Part shown: positions 18,717 through 27,782 of the stretch, piece after piece
Position numbering within the stretch: position 1 is the stretch's first letter
How the letters are laid out: the number at the start of each line of letters is the position of its first letter
NCBI GenBank assembly: GCA_963748065.1
Contig: CAVVHL010000015.1
Coordinates: 422 to 64,421, forward strand
DNA: 64,000 nt
Source of the DNA: an uncultured Chloroflexia bacterium
GTDB taxonomy: Bacteria; Chloroflexota; Anaerolineae; Anaerolineales; Anaerolineaceae
Direction: 5' to 3'
The notes under the pieces: model-generated
What the model was told of the DNA's origin: nothing
What the model saw: only the letters and a program-made list of their open reading frames with translations
Databases searched by the model: none
Position numbers and translations under genes: made by a program

Positions 18717-19186
18717 ATTTTTTCAAAAGACTAGTACTAATTTTTGAGAGTAATTGTGTCCCAGTATGGTCATAACCCGGAAAAACTTACCCCTATTTTA
18801 CTAGGAAATGGATTAATTTAAACCATTCTGCAGTAGGGTATGAAATAACCCGGTCGAATAATGCTATACATATTTGATTTTGATAAGATAGGTCACAGAG
18901 AGCAATACATCAATTCATTCTCAAACAGAACAAATGGAGAAATCTTTCTGAAACAACGAAACACCTCGGAGTCCAGTCCGAGGTGCTTCTAAGAAGCAGT
19001 GGTGCTCGTGAAAACAACAATGCTCTCTTAATTTAGTATAGTGCAAGGCCTTCTCCCAATCAATAACCTGTTTGAGATTTCAGACGCAGTGTGCGTGGAA
19101 CCAGGAGGTGATGGTAATCCCAATCACAAAAACCTGCAAATCTCAATGTCTCTGGATTTTATTCAATCTATTAGGAGAAGATAAAC

Positions 19187-21184
19187 ATGTTTAAAAAGAA
19201 ACTAATTGTGTTTCTGAGCTTCCTTCTCGTTGCCAGCTTTATTTTGACAGGCTGCAAGACTGCGACGCAAGCACCAACCCAGCAAGTAGCGACCGAAGCA
19301 TCGACGACCACCGAAGATGTTACAGAAACCACTGAAACCGTCCCCGCTGAACAAGGCACCGTCAAAGAATTGGACGTCTACCGCGTAGCAATGCTTGCGG
19401 ATATGACCAGTTCCAATGTTTGGAACCTCTTCGGTCCTGGTGCATCGACCTATAACTATGTTGTTCAGGCGAATTACTGGCCAACCCTTTATGGCTTGAG
19501 CGACAAGACCTTCAGCCTGATTCCCTTCCTTGGTGCTGATTTTGCTTCACCAGTCGAACAAGAAGGCGACTTTTTTGTGACTACAATTCCCTTAAAGGAG
19601 GGTTTCACCTGGTCAGATGGCAGTGAAGTTACTGCTGAAGACATCGCATTCACAGCCCAAGTCGCTAACGACTTCCAACTCGGTGGAAACTGGGGATACT
19701 TCACGAACGGTGTCGATCATATTGAAGCCATTGATTCTAAAACCGCAAAAATTTACTATTCAGCAAAACCTGGCCTGGCACAGCACCAGTACGGCACGCT
19801 CCAGGACACCATCGTTCAGAAAGCATTTTGGGAACCGCTGTTAGTAGATGCTTATGATTCACTCAATGCAATCGCAGATCTGGATCCTGAAAGTGATGAA
19901 TATGTCGCAGGGTTAGCCGAAGCACAAACAATACTTTACAGCGTCCCCGGTGACGGTGAACCGATTGCCGGTCCCTTTGCCTTTGACCAATGGGAAGTTG
20001 GCGCTTTTGTTGAGAACGGTGAGAACAACGACTATTTCTTTAAGGGCACCATGATCGAGCTTTATGATGATGGTACATATCGTGAGGTCAAAGATGGCGT
20101 ATGGGATTTCCAGGCTTACGGTGAAGGAACCGGAAACCTGATCCTCTCCTTCGAAAACGGCCCCCATACCAAAGCAGTTGTTTACAGCATCTACAACCAG
20201 GATGCAGCCGTTTTGGCGCTGCTGAATGGTGAAGTGGATTATATCTACAACCCGAATGGTTACGGCCCTGGTCTTCGCGCTCAGTTGAATGGTAATGAAG
20301 ATGTGGATGTTGTTGAAAATGCTCGCAATGGCTGGCGCTTTATGGCCTTCAATTTCAAACATGCCCCCATGGACGATATTGCCGCACGACAGGCGATCGC
20401 CTGCATGGTCGACAAAGAATTCCTGACCTCGAGCGTATTGCAAGGAGCAGCGATCCCGGTGAACACACCTGTTCCTGTTGGACAACCCTTCTGGTACAAC
20501 CCGGATGTCCCGATCCTTTGCGAAGGCTTGACCGAACAAGAACGGATGGATTGGTCTGTCAATCGCCTGAAAGAAGCCGGTTATACCTGGGATACTGAAC
20601 CCGTGTGGAACGAAGAACGCGGCGGTTCTGTTGACTGGGGTGTTGGATTGAAAATGCCCGATGGTGAATATGTTCCCGAACTGACCCTGCTTGCACCTTC
20701 CGCCGGATATGATCCGCTCCGTGCGACAGCCGGCGTGCTCATCGAACAATGGGCATCAAGTATTGGCTTCCCCGTCCGTGCTCAATTAACCAACTTCAAT
20801 AACATTCTGAACGAAACACTGGGTGGCGGTGGTAACTGGGATATGTCAATCGCAGGCTGGAGTTTGGAGATGTACCCGAACCATTTGTGCCAGTTCTTCC
20901 TGGTTGAATGGGGTACTGAAGTCTTCGCTTTCACTGGTTATACGAGTGATGAACTTTCTGCACTTTGCCAGGACTTCATGACGACCGATGACCTGAACCA
21001 TGCTCAAGAATTGGGGTATGAAATGCAGACGATCCTTGCTACGGATCTGCCGTATTTGTATTTGTTCTCCAATCCTGTTCAGGACGCATACAATGTTGCG
21101 AATGTTGAATATCCATACATTGAAGTATTAGGTGGCCTTGAGAACCTTTATGGCCAACAGATCAACGTCTTTGCAGCGGAGTAA
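19187..21184 (+). CDS. ABC transporter substrate-binding lipoprotein, family 5 (Dpp/Opp/Nik type)
   Basis: 665 aa. Lipobox 'LTGC' and a Thr/Glu-rich linker. 'GFTWSDGSEVTAEDIAF' block is typical of family-5 SBPs. Followed by DppBCDF-type genes. Confidence 0.8.
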   Translation: MFKKKLIVFLSFLLVASFILTGCKTATQAPTQQVATEASTTTEDVTETTETVPAEQGTVKELDVYRVAMLADMTSSNVWNLFGPGASTYNYVVQANYWPTLYGLSDKTFSLIPFLGADFASPVEQEGDFFVTTIPLKEGFTWSDGSEVTAEDIAFTAQVANDFQLGGNWGYFTNGVDHIEAIDSKTAKIYYSAKPGLAQHQYGTLQDTIVQKAFWEPLLVDAYDSLNAIADLDPESDEYVAGLAEAQTILYSVPGDGEPIAGPFAFDQWEVGAFVENGENNDYFFKGTMIELYDDGTYREVKDGVWDFQAYGEGTGNLILSFENGPHTKAVVYSIYNQDAAVLALLNGEVDYIYNPNGYGPGLRAQLNGNEDVDVVENARNGWRFMAFNFKHAPMDDIAARQAIACMVDKEFLTSSVLQGAAIPVNTPVPVGQPFWYNPDVPILCEGLTEQERMDWSVNRLKEAGYTWDTEPVWNEERGGSVDWGVGLKMPDGEYVPELTLLAPSAGYDPLRATAGVLIEQWASSIGFPVRAQLTNFNNILNETLGGGGNWDMSIAGWSLEMYPNHLCQFFLVEWGTEVFAFTGYTSDELSALCQDFMTTDDLNHAQELGYEMQTILATDLPYLYLFSNPVQDAYNVANVEYPYIEVLGGLENLYGQQINVFAAE

Positions 21185-21273
21185 CCGCAAAATGAGATAA
21201 AAGCAATCCCATGGGGAGGGGAATTCATCCCCTCCCCAGATTGTTTAAACCTTTACATATCTGGCAGGCAACA

Positions 21274-22425
21274 ATGAAAAAATATATCTTACGCCGAGTA
21301 ATACAGATCTTATTCACATTGATTATCTTCCAAACCCTGCTGTTTGTTATTCTGGATGCACAACCAGGAGATATTACTAACCTCTATCTCCTCAACCCTA
21401 AAGTGACACCAGAAGCGAGAGAACAAATGCGGGTTGCATTAGGGTTGGATAAACCTCCACTTATCCGGTATAGCCAATGGCTCGGGAACTTTGTTCAGGG
21501 TAACCTTGGAGTCTCCTTTAGCAATTATCCCCGTCCTGTAATGGATATCATCCTGGAGCGTGCACCAAGGACCCTGACCCTCTTCCTCACCAGTCAGTTG
21601 ATATCATTTATTCTGGGATATTTCCTTGGCAAACAATTGGCATGGCATCGCAACACTTTCTTTGAATATTCAATGACGATCGTTGGTGTTGTACTTTATA
21701 CGATCTTCACCCCATGGTTTGGGTTAATGATGATCTACTTGTTCGGAATCCAACTTAAGTTGTTGCCGATAGGGAAATTCCTTGACCCAAGTCTGTGGCG
21801 AGGTGTTGAAATTCCCGCCAACACAATATTCTATTACATGATTCTTTCGATGGTTGTCGCCGCTGTACTCTATGTCCTCCTTTCTTTTCTCACCAGGAAG
21901 ACCAGCCGATTCTTGCGTCAAACGACACAAATTGGCGGATTTTTCATTTTGATCGCTTTGATGATCTTCGTCTGGAGTTTGACGCCATATGGTTACCTTG
22001 CCGGCGATATCGTTAAGCATATGATTCTGCCGGTTCTGGTATCCACCCTGGTTTCCTTCGCAGGTACGATGCTCCTGATGCGTAACACCATGCTTGAGAC
22101 TTTGCGGGAGGACTTTGTTATGGCGGCCCGGGCTAAAGGATTGTCAGAACATGTCGTGCGGGATAAGCATGCAGCACGGAACGCGTTCCTGCCTGTGTTC
22201 ACCAATTTGATCATCGCGATACCCTTTGCCCTAAGCGGTGGCATCATCACTGAAACGATCTTCTCCTGGCCTGGAATGGGTTTGACTCTATTGCAGGCAG
22301 TTAACCTGGAAGATATCCCTCTGGCGATGGGCACGTTGAGCTTCATTGGCGTGCTGGCCCTCAGCGCACATCTGGTTGCGGATGTCGCTTACGCCTTCCT
22401 CGATCCACGCATCCGCTATCAATAG
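21274..22425 (+). CDS. ABC transporter permease (DppB/OppB type)
   Basis: Start taken at the in-frame 'MKKYILRRVIQ' (ATG 21274). Conserved loop 'AARAKGLSEHVVRDKHAARNA'. Ends '...FLDPRIRYQ'. Confidence 0.85.
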   Translation: MKKYILRRVIQILFTLIIFQTLLFVILDAQPGDITNLYLLNPKVTPEAREQMRVALGLDKPPLIRYSQWLGNFVQGNLGVSFSNYPRPVMDIILERAPRTLTLFLTSQLISFILGYFLGKQLAWHRNTFFEYSMTIVGVVLYTIFTPWFGLMMIYLFGIQLKLLPIGKFLDPSLWRGVEIPANTIFYYMILSMVVAAVLYVLLSFLTRKTSRFLRQTTQIGGFFILIALMIFVWSLTPYGYLAGDIVKHMILPVLVSTLVSFAGTMLLMRNTMLETLREDFVMAARAKGLSEHVVRDKHAARNAFLPVFTNLIIAIPFALSGGIITETIFSWPGMGLTLLQAVNLEDIPLAMGTLSFIGVLALSAHLVADVAYAFLDPRIRYQ

Positions 22426-22434
22426 GAGGTCATT

Positions 22435-23384
22435 ATGCAAGCAACCTCGATTCAACCCAAAATAAAAACTCCTCTTTGGCGTGTTCGGTTGAAACTTGCC
22501 TGGAAAAATTTTCAATCTAACTGGAAGCTTTTTACCAAAAACCCGATTGGTGTGATTGGATTGGTGATCATCATCATCTTTGCCCTGATGGCCATCTCTC
22601 ACCCGATTTTGATGAAATATGTCTGGGAGCCGCGTATATATGATCCTGTGATCGGCTATGATTTTGAAATCTTCGCACATCCCTCTCCCCCTTCAGCACG
22701 TCACTTGTTGGGAACAGACCCGTTGGGACGAGATATTCTCAGCCAATTGTTGTATGGCACCCGCTTCAGTTTTGTCCTGGGGATCTCTGCTGCCCTGATC
22801 TCGGTGATCATTGCAACAACCATCGGCGCGGTCTCCGCTTATTACGGCGGTGTCGCCGATATGATCTTTATGCGGCTGGCAGATGTCGTTACCATGATGC
22901 CGTTCATCGCCATCCTGGTGGTGTTATCAGCCATGTTTGAATTCACCGGGTTCACCCTCGCATTGGTTTACGGCCTTCTGGTTGGTTTTGGTGGCCAAAC
23001 CATCGTGATCAAGTCACAAGCGTTGAGCATCAAGGTTAAACCTTATATCGAATCCGCCCGGGCGTCCGGCGGCGGTAACTGGCACATCATCGTGACCCAC
23101 ATGCTGCCGAACCTGCTCCCGATCTCATTCCTCTACATGATGTTCACGGTAACCAATGCCGTCTTTGCAGAAGCTGCCTTATCCTTTTTCGGGTTACTGA
23201 ACATCCGGATGAGTTGGGGAATCATGATCAATACCGCCCAGGCAGCAGGTTATCTGCTGGCGGGACCGGAATATCTTTACCTGTTATTACCCCCTGGCGT
23301 CGCGATCACCCTGCTTTGCTCCGCGTTCTATATGGTCGGCGGGCAATGGATGAGATCGTTAATCCTCGCTTGCGGGAACGCTAA
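22435..23384 (+). CDS. ABC transporter permease (DppC/OppC type); probable frame break near 23342
   Basis: Loop 'ESARASGGGNWHIIVTHMLPN'. The annotated tail 'GGQWMRSLILACGNAKNGD' is atypical. Adding one base at 'ggcggg' gives 'GRAMDEIVNPRLRER*', which stops at 23382-23384, 2 nt before the next ATG. Confidence 0.75.
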
Positions 23385-23386
23385 AA

Positions 23387-24376
23387 ATGGAGACTGACAT
23401 GATAGAAAATATGCTCCAGGTTAAAGACCTGACCATGCACTATAAAACCTCCAAAGGCGAGGTCTCTGCGGTCAACAATGTCTCGTTCAATGTTAAAAAA
23501 GGCCAGTCCCTTGGTCTGGTCGGCGAATCCGGCTGCGGAAAGACATCGATCGCTTTTTCCCTGATCCGGTTGTTGCCGGATAATGCCGTGATCAAAGGCG
23601 GTGAAATTTTACTGGACCACGAAAACATCACGGCAATGGATAAGAAAGAGCTGTTGAAAGTCCGGTGGAAAGATATTTCAATGGTCTTTCAGGCTGCGAT
23701 GAATGCTCTTAACCCAATTTTTAGCGTTGGCGATCAAATCGTCGAAGCGATCCAGGTACATGATCCGAACATCGGCGTTAATGGCGCTAAAGAAAAGGTC
23801 GCTGAGCTCTTCACAATGGTCGGTCTCGATCCGAAGTTGATCGACCGTTACCCGCATGAATTCTCCGGTGGGATGCGGCAGCGCGCCGTGATCGCCATGG
23901 CGCTCGCCTGCAATCCAAAGGTGATCATCGCGGATGAACCCACCACTGCCCTCGACGTGATTGTGCAAGACCGGATATTGAAACAGCTCAAAGAGATCCA
24001 GGAAAATCTGGATATGAGCATGATCTACATTTCTCACGACATCGCCGTGATCGCCGAAGTGAGCGACCGGATCGGCGTCATGTATGCCGGACGGATGGCG
24101 GAACTGGCCGATGCGAATGATATCTTCAAACATCCCATCCATCCCTACACGTTCGCTTTAATGGGCGCTTTCCCAAGCATCATAGGCAGAAAAAAAGAAT
24201 TGATAACCTTGCCCGGAGAACCACCTGACCTGCTGAATCCACCTTCCGGCTGCCGGTTCCACCCGCGCTGTCCGCGTGCTACAGATCAATGCACGCAGGA
24301 AACACCCCCCTTCATCGAACACAGCCCTGATCATTATGCGGCATGCTGGCACCCCATGGAGGTCGAAAATGACTGA
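23387..24376 (+). CDS. ABC transporter ATP-binding protein (DppD/OppD type)
   Basis: Walker A 'GESGCGKTS', signature 'FSGGMRQR', Walker B 'IIADEPTTALD', and a C-terminal oligopeptide-type Cys tail. Confidence 0.9.
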   Translation: METDMIENMLQVKDLTMHYKTSKGEVSAVNNVSFNVKKGQSLGLVGESGCGKTSIAFSLIRLLPDNAVIKGGEILLDHENITAMDKKELLKVRWKDISMVFQAAMNALNPIFSVGDQIVEAIQVHDPNIGVNGAKEKVAELFTMVGLDPKLIDRYPHEFSGGMRQRAVIAMALACNPKVIIADEPTTALDVIVQDRILKQLKEIQENLDMSMIYISHDIAVIAEVSDRIGVMYAGRMAELADANDIFKHPIHPYTFALMGAFPSIIGRKKELITLPGEPPDLLNPPSGCRFHPRCPRATDQCTQETPPFIEHSPDHYAACWHPMEVEND

Positions 24377-25364
24377 AATGAAAAGTCTCGTAAAAGTTGA
24401 ACACCTTGAGAAAAAGTTCCCGGTGAGCTCGGGACTCTTCAAAACCTCAAAATCCTTCATTCACGCCGTGGATGATATTAATTTTGAAATCGGTTACGGC
24501 TCTTCGTTGGGTCTGGTTGGTGAATCGGGCTGCGGCAAGACCACGACCGGCAAACTGCTCACCCGTCTCTATGATCCCACCGATGGTCATATCTTCATCA
24601 ACGATCCAAAGTCCGGACAGGTGGACCTGGCAACACTAAAGGGGAGTGCGCTCAAAGAATTCCGCAGTCGGGTCCAGATCATTTTTCAGGATCCTTATGA
24701 ATCACTCAATCCCCGACGGACGATCTTCGACACCGTGGCTGAACCGCTGGTCGTTCAGGGCATGGGCAATATCACCCAGCGTGAGGAGCAAGTCGCAGCT
24801 CTGCTTGAAACGGTTGGCTTGACACCTGCATCAAGTTTTATGTTCCGTTATCCACATGAACTGTCCGGGGGTCAGCGCCAACGTGTGGCTATCGCCCGGG
24901 CTCTGGTGGTCAATCCGTCTTTCGTGGTCGCGGATGAGCCTACCTCCATGCTGGATGTGTCGATCCGGATCGGTGTGATGCAGTTAATGATGGAACTGGC
25001 GCACAGTATGGATGTCAGCTATCTCTATATCACGCATGACCTGGCTGTGGCGCGCTATATGTGTCAGCGGATCGCCGTGATGTATATCGGCAAGATCATC
25101 GAAAAAGCCCAGACCGAAGAATTACTTTCACACCCGCTCCATCCCTACACCCGGGCGTTGATCTCCGCCGTTCCGGTGCCGGATCCGAGTTATCAGCGGC
25201 AGGCTATCCCGATCAAAGGTGGTGTCTCTGCACCGATCGATCCACCCAATCAATGCCGCTTCTATGCCCGGTGCCCTTTGGCGGATAATTTCTGCCGGGA
25301 CAACCCTCACCCTCCCCTTGAAGACAAAGGCGATGCGCATTTCGTCGCCTGTTACAAAGTCTGA
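24369..25364 (+). CDS. ABC transporter ATP-binding protein (DppF/OppF type)
   Basis: Start taken at 'MTEMKSLVKVEHL' (ATG 24369, an 8-nt overlap with the upstream stop). 'GESGCGKTT', 'LSGGQRQR', 'VVADEPTSMLD'. Confidence 0.9.
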   Translation: MTEMKSLVKVEHLEKKFPVSSGLFKTSKSFIHAVDDINFEIGYGSSLGLVGESGCGKTTTGKLLTRLYDPTDGHIFINDPKSGQVDLATLKGSALKEFRSRVQIIFQDPYESLNPRRTIFDTVAEPLVVQGMGNITQREEQVAALLETVGLTPASSFMFRYPHELSGGQRQRVAIARALVVNPSFVVADEPTSMLDVSIRIGVMQLMMELAHSMDVSYLYITHDLAVARYMCQRIAVMYIGKIIEKAQTEELLSHPLHPYTRALISAVPVPDPSYQRQAIPIKGGVSAPIDPPNQCRFYARCPLADNFCRDNPHPPLEDKGDAHFVACYKV

Positions 25365-25386
25365 TCGTGTTGGTAAATCCAATCAA

Positions 25387-25424
25387 AAAGACCTGCCATT
25401 TCGAATGACAGGTCTTTAATTTTT
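25387..25424. terminator. bidirectional intrinsic terminator between convergent operons
   Basis: 9-bp stem aaagacctg / caggtcttt (25387-25395 / 25409-25417), flanked by A-rich sequence upstream and 'aattttt' downstream. Confidence 0.7.
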
Positions 25425-25432
25425 ACAAATCC

Positions 25433-26164
25433 TTATTTCGGATCATTCCTGAAAACCGGCCCATCAAAGCAGGCCAGCCAACCGGGCGGCAAGGCTGGGT
25501 CGGCGGATTGTGGGACTTCACAGCTCCCACAAAGGCCCATCCCACAACGCATCAGAGCCTCCCAGGAGAGCTGATAGGGGACGTTATATGCCTTACTGAC
25601 CTCAGCAAGCGCAGAAAGCATCCCAGTCGGCCCACAGGCATATAGGGAGTCGATCTTGCCATGATTCAACTGCTCTTCAACGATTTCTGTCACCAATCCC
25701 TGATGCGCACGGCTGCCATCCTCGGTTGCTAGCAGCACCTCACAACCCAATGCAAGAAAGTCTTTTTCGAGCAGCAAACCTTGAACTGTTCTGGCGCCAA
25801 GGCAGACAGTCACATGACATCCCGATGCTGTCGCCTTTTCAGCCAGGGCATAGAGCGGCGCAGCACCATACCCACCGCCAACGAGTAAAACAGACCTTCC
25901 CGAGAGCGCAAACCCTCGTCCGAGGGGCCCTTTGACCCAGACACGGTCGCCAACCCTTAATTGGTGCATGGCATGACTGAACGGTCCGACGTCCACGATC
26001 ATCAGGCTCATCGGTTCGGCAGCTGCGATGCTGAACGGTTTCTCCCCAACACCCGGCAGCCAAACCATCACGAACTGCCCCGGTTCTGTGTCAATATCGC
26101 AATCACAGGAAAGCCAAATGGTTGAATCATTGATGACTTTGACCGATTTGATCTTTAATCGCAC
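25433..26164 (-). CDS. pyrK: dihydroorotate dehydrogenase (class 1B) electron-transfer subunit
   Basis: 243 aa. Flavin-binding 'EKPFSIA' and a C-terminal 2Fe-2S motif 'CGMGLCGSCEV'. Sits directly downstream of pyrD. Confidence 0.85.
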   Translation of the reverse strand: MRLKIKSVKVINDSTIWLSCDCDIDTEPGQFVMVWLPGVGEKPFSIAAAEPMSLMIVDVGPFSHAMHQLRVGDRVWVKGPLGRGFALSGRSVLLVGGGYGAAPLYALAEKATASGCHVTVCLGARTVQGLLLEKDFLALGCEVLLATEDGSRAHQGLVTEIVEEQLNHGKIDSLYACGPTGMLSALAEVSKAYNVPYQLSWEALMRCGMGLCGSCEVPQSADPALPPGWLACFDGPVFRNDPK

Positions 26165-26176
26165 GGAAAGAGCCGT

Positions 26177-27116
26177 TCATGGATGAACCGCCTTTCCGAT
26201 GATGTCAGTGATGTCTTCAATCTGGTGGTCGTTCATAAACTCGATCATTTCATTGGCTATCAAGCTGAAAGCCTCCTGACCACGGTACCAAAGCGCGGAA
26301 CCGACCCCGACAGCAGTAGCACCTGCCATCATCATCTCCACCGCGTCACTTCCGGTCAATACACCGCCGGTGCCTATGATTGGGACCGAAACTGATTGGA
26401 AAATCTCCGCCACGCAGCGCAGTGCAATCGGCTTGAGGGCTGGGCCGGAAATACCGCCAGTACGATTGGATAGCATGGGCATGGCTGCATCTGCGTTAAT
26501 CACCATGCCGGGCATGGTGTTGATCGCGGTGATTGCGTCCGCGCCGGCATCTACCACTGCCTTTGCGATGCGCCCGATATCAATGACATTCGGTGCAAGT
26601 TTCACGGCGATCGGGATCTCACCGACTTCCGCTTTGACGGCCCGTGTAACCTCGGCGGCAGTTTCTGGCCTCGCCGCGAATGGGGTCCCAAAATCATCCC
26701 GCACATTCGGACAGGAGATATTAACCTCGATCAGATCCGGTTCTGCGCCTGCGATAATACTTGCCACCTGACCGAACTCCTCAACCGTTCCCCCGAAGAT
26801 ACTGGCAAACAACGACACGCCCAGCGGTGTAAGCACTTTTTTCGCTGCCCTGAGCAGTTCAACTTCCGCTTCAGCTCCCGGGTTGGTCAGGCCGATCGCG
26901 TTCAGGAGTCCGCTGCCCCAATCCACCATCACCGGGTTCGGATGGCCTGCACGGGGATTGAGACCACAGCTCTTGGCCGTCACCGCCCCCGCGCCGGAAA
27001 GTCGCCACTCGTTTGAGCAACGTTGCACTGGTTCCCATCACGCCGGAGGCCAGCACCAGCGGGTTGCGGAGTGTGAGATTGCCGATCTGGATTGCAAGTT
27101 TAGGTTTCGGTGTCAA
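26177..27116 (-). CDS. pyrD: dihydroorotate dehydrogenase catalytic subunit, class 1B; frame break near 27000
   Basis: N-terminus '[38 protein letters not shown]' (ORF 26871..27116, TTG start, GGAGA upstream) continues in ORF 26177..27028 as '[11 protein letters not shown]...NAIGLTNPG...EVNISCPNV...[24 protein letters not shown]'. Confidence 0.85.
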
Positions 27117-27229
27117 ACAATCTCCTTCGGATATGTAACGATAAATGGCTATACGAATGCTTATCTATCCTTAATAGGTAAAAATCTTGCGGAATTCATC
27201 AATCGCGGTAAAATTATATCCTAACTCCA

Positions 27230-27301
27230 GCGGGCGTCGCCAAGTGGTAAGGCAGTAGCTTCCCAAGCTACTATTCGCGAGTTCGAATCTCGTCGCCCGC
27301 T
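27230..27301 (+). tRNA. tRNA-Gly (anticodon CCC)
   Basis: Folded by hand. 7-bp acceptor stem GCGGGCG/CGCCCGC. Anticodon stem GTAGC/GCTAC with loop TT-CCC-AA. T-arm GCGAG-TTCGAAT-CTCGT. Discriminator T. No encoded CCA. Confidence 0.9.
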
Positions 27302-27316
27302 CTTTTGTTTTAAGGT

Positions 27317-27365
27317 GCTTTCTAAGCCACCAGGACGCTTCCTAACGAACGGAGGCGTATTTTGC
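27317..27365 (+). repeat. 49-nt repeat, copy 1 (partner at 35153..35201)
   Basis: gctttctaagccaccaggacgcttcctaacgaacggaggcgtattttgc. It matches copy 2 at 44 of 49 positions in the same orientation. Confidence 0.9.
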
Positions 27366-27470
27366 AGGTAAACGTTGAATGGAGAAATTTTCTATTCATT
27401 GAACGAGGCATAAGTATTACTTGACAAGTGGCGAAGACTGTACAACATGGAGCAGCCACATAGTTCGCTG
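27321..27470 (+). mobile_element. relic of a DDE (rve-type) transposase C-terminus
   Basis: A single frame reads 'SKPPGRFLTNGGVFCR*TLNGEIFYSLNEA*VLLDKWRRLYNMEQPHSSL'. The second half matches the widespread integrase-core tail '..LNGEIF.sL.EA...i..WR..YN..RPHSSLG'. Two in-frame stops, and no upstream catalytic region. Confidence 0.6.
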
Positions 27471-27782
27471 GTTTTTCATCTCCCATTACCTATGGCTCTA
27501 TTAGTTCAATCTATACATTTTCTATCTGTTGAACTTCATAATGATTGGTACTTATTTGGTGTCAGATCCATCTGACTGAGATCACCCCTCCCCAGCAGAT
27601 GCTTGTGCATAGATGATATTTGGGGTATTGTGAGTATTAGTTCATTCTTGTCCAATTGTCTGTTTTATTTGAATCCCACCTTTTTAAGTCAACCCCTTAA
27701 ATGACAATTGCATATTGTTGCTTCACTGCATAAGGGTCTAACATAACAGCTTAGGTAACTATCCGTTCGTGTTCGACCGGGG

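Noticed and set aside
18717-19186. The 470-bp spacer between the divergent kinase and SBP genes, with a perfect 9-bp hairpin (18962-18970 / 18977-18985), considered as a riboswitch or sRNA.
   Set aside because: I could not recognise any riboswitch consensus. The hairpin has no U-tract and sits between divergent promoters. A long divergent regulatory region is sufficient explanation without expression data.
19913-20749. Long antisense ORFs lie inside well-supported genes. Examples: 19913..20749 (-, 278 aa), 40122..40907 (+, 261 aa), 44978..45646 (+, 222 aa), 17473..18162 (+, 229 aa), 10270..10860 (+) and 59692..60249 (+).
   Set aside because: The opposite strand carries recognisable family motifs in every case. 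The antisense translations are low-complexity or Arg/His/Ser-rich, with no motifs or start-site signals. They are typical shadow ORFs.
25433-27116. The pyrD-then-pyrK gene order (reverse of the Bacillus pyrK-pyrD order) and the TTG start of pyrD.
   Set aside because: Gene order of the two subunits varies among lineages, and TTG starts with a good GGAGA site are ordinary. No functional implication.
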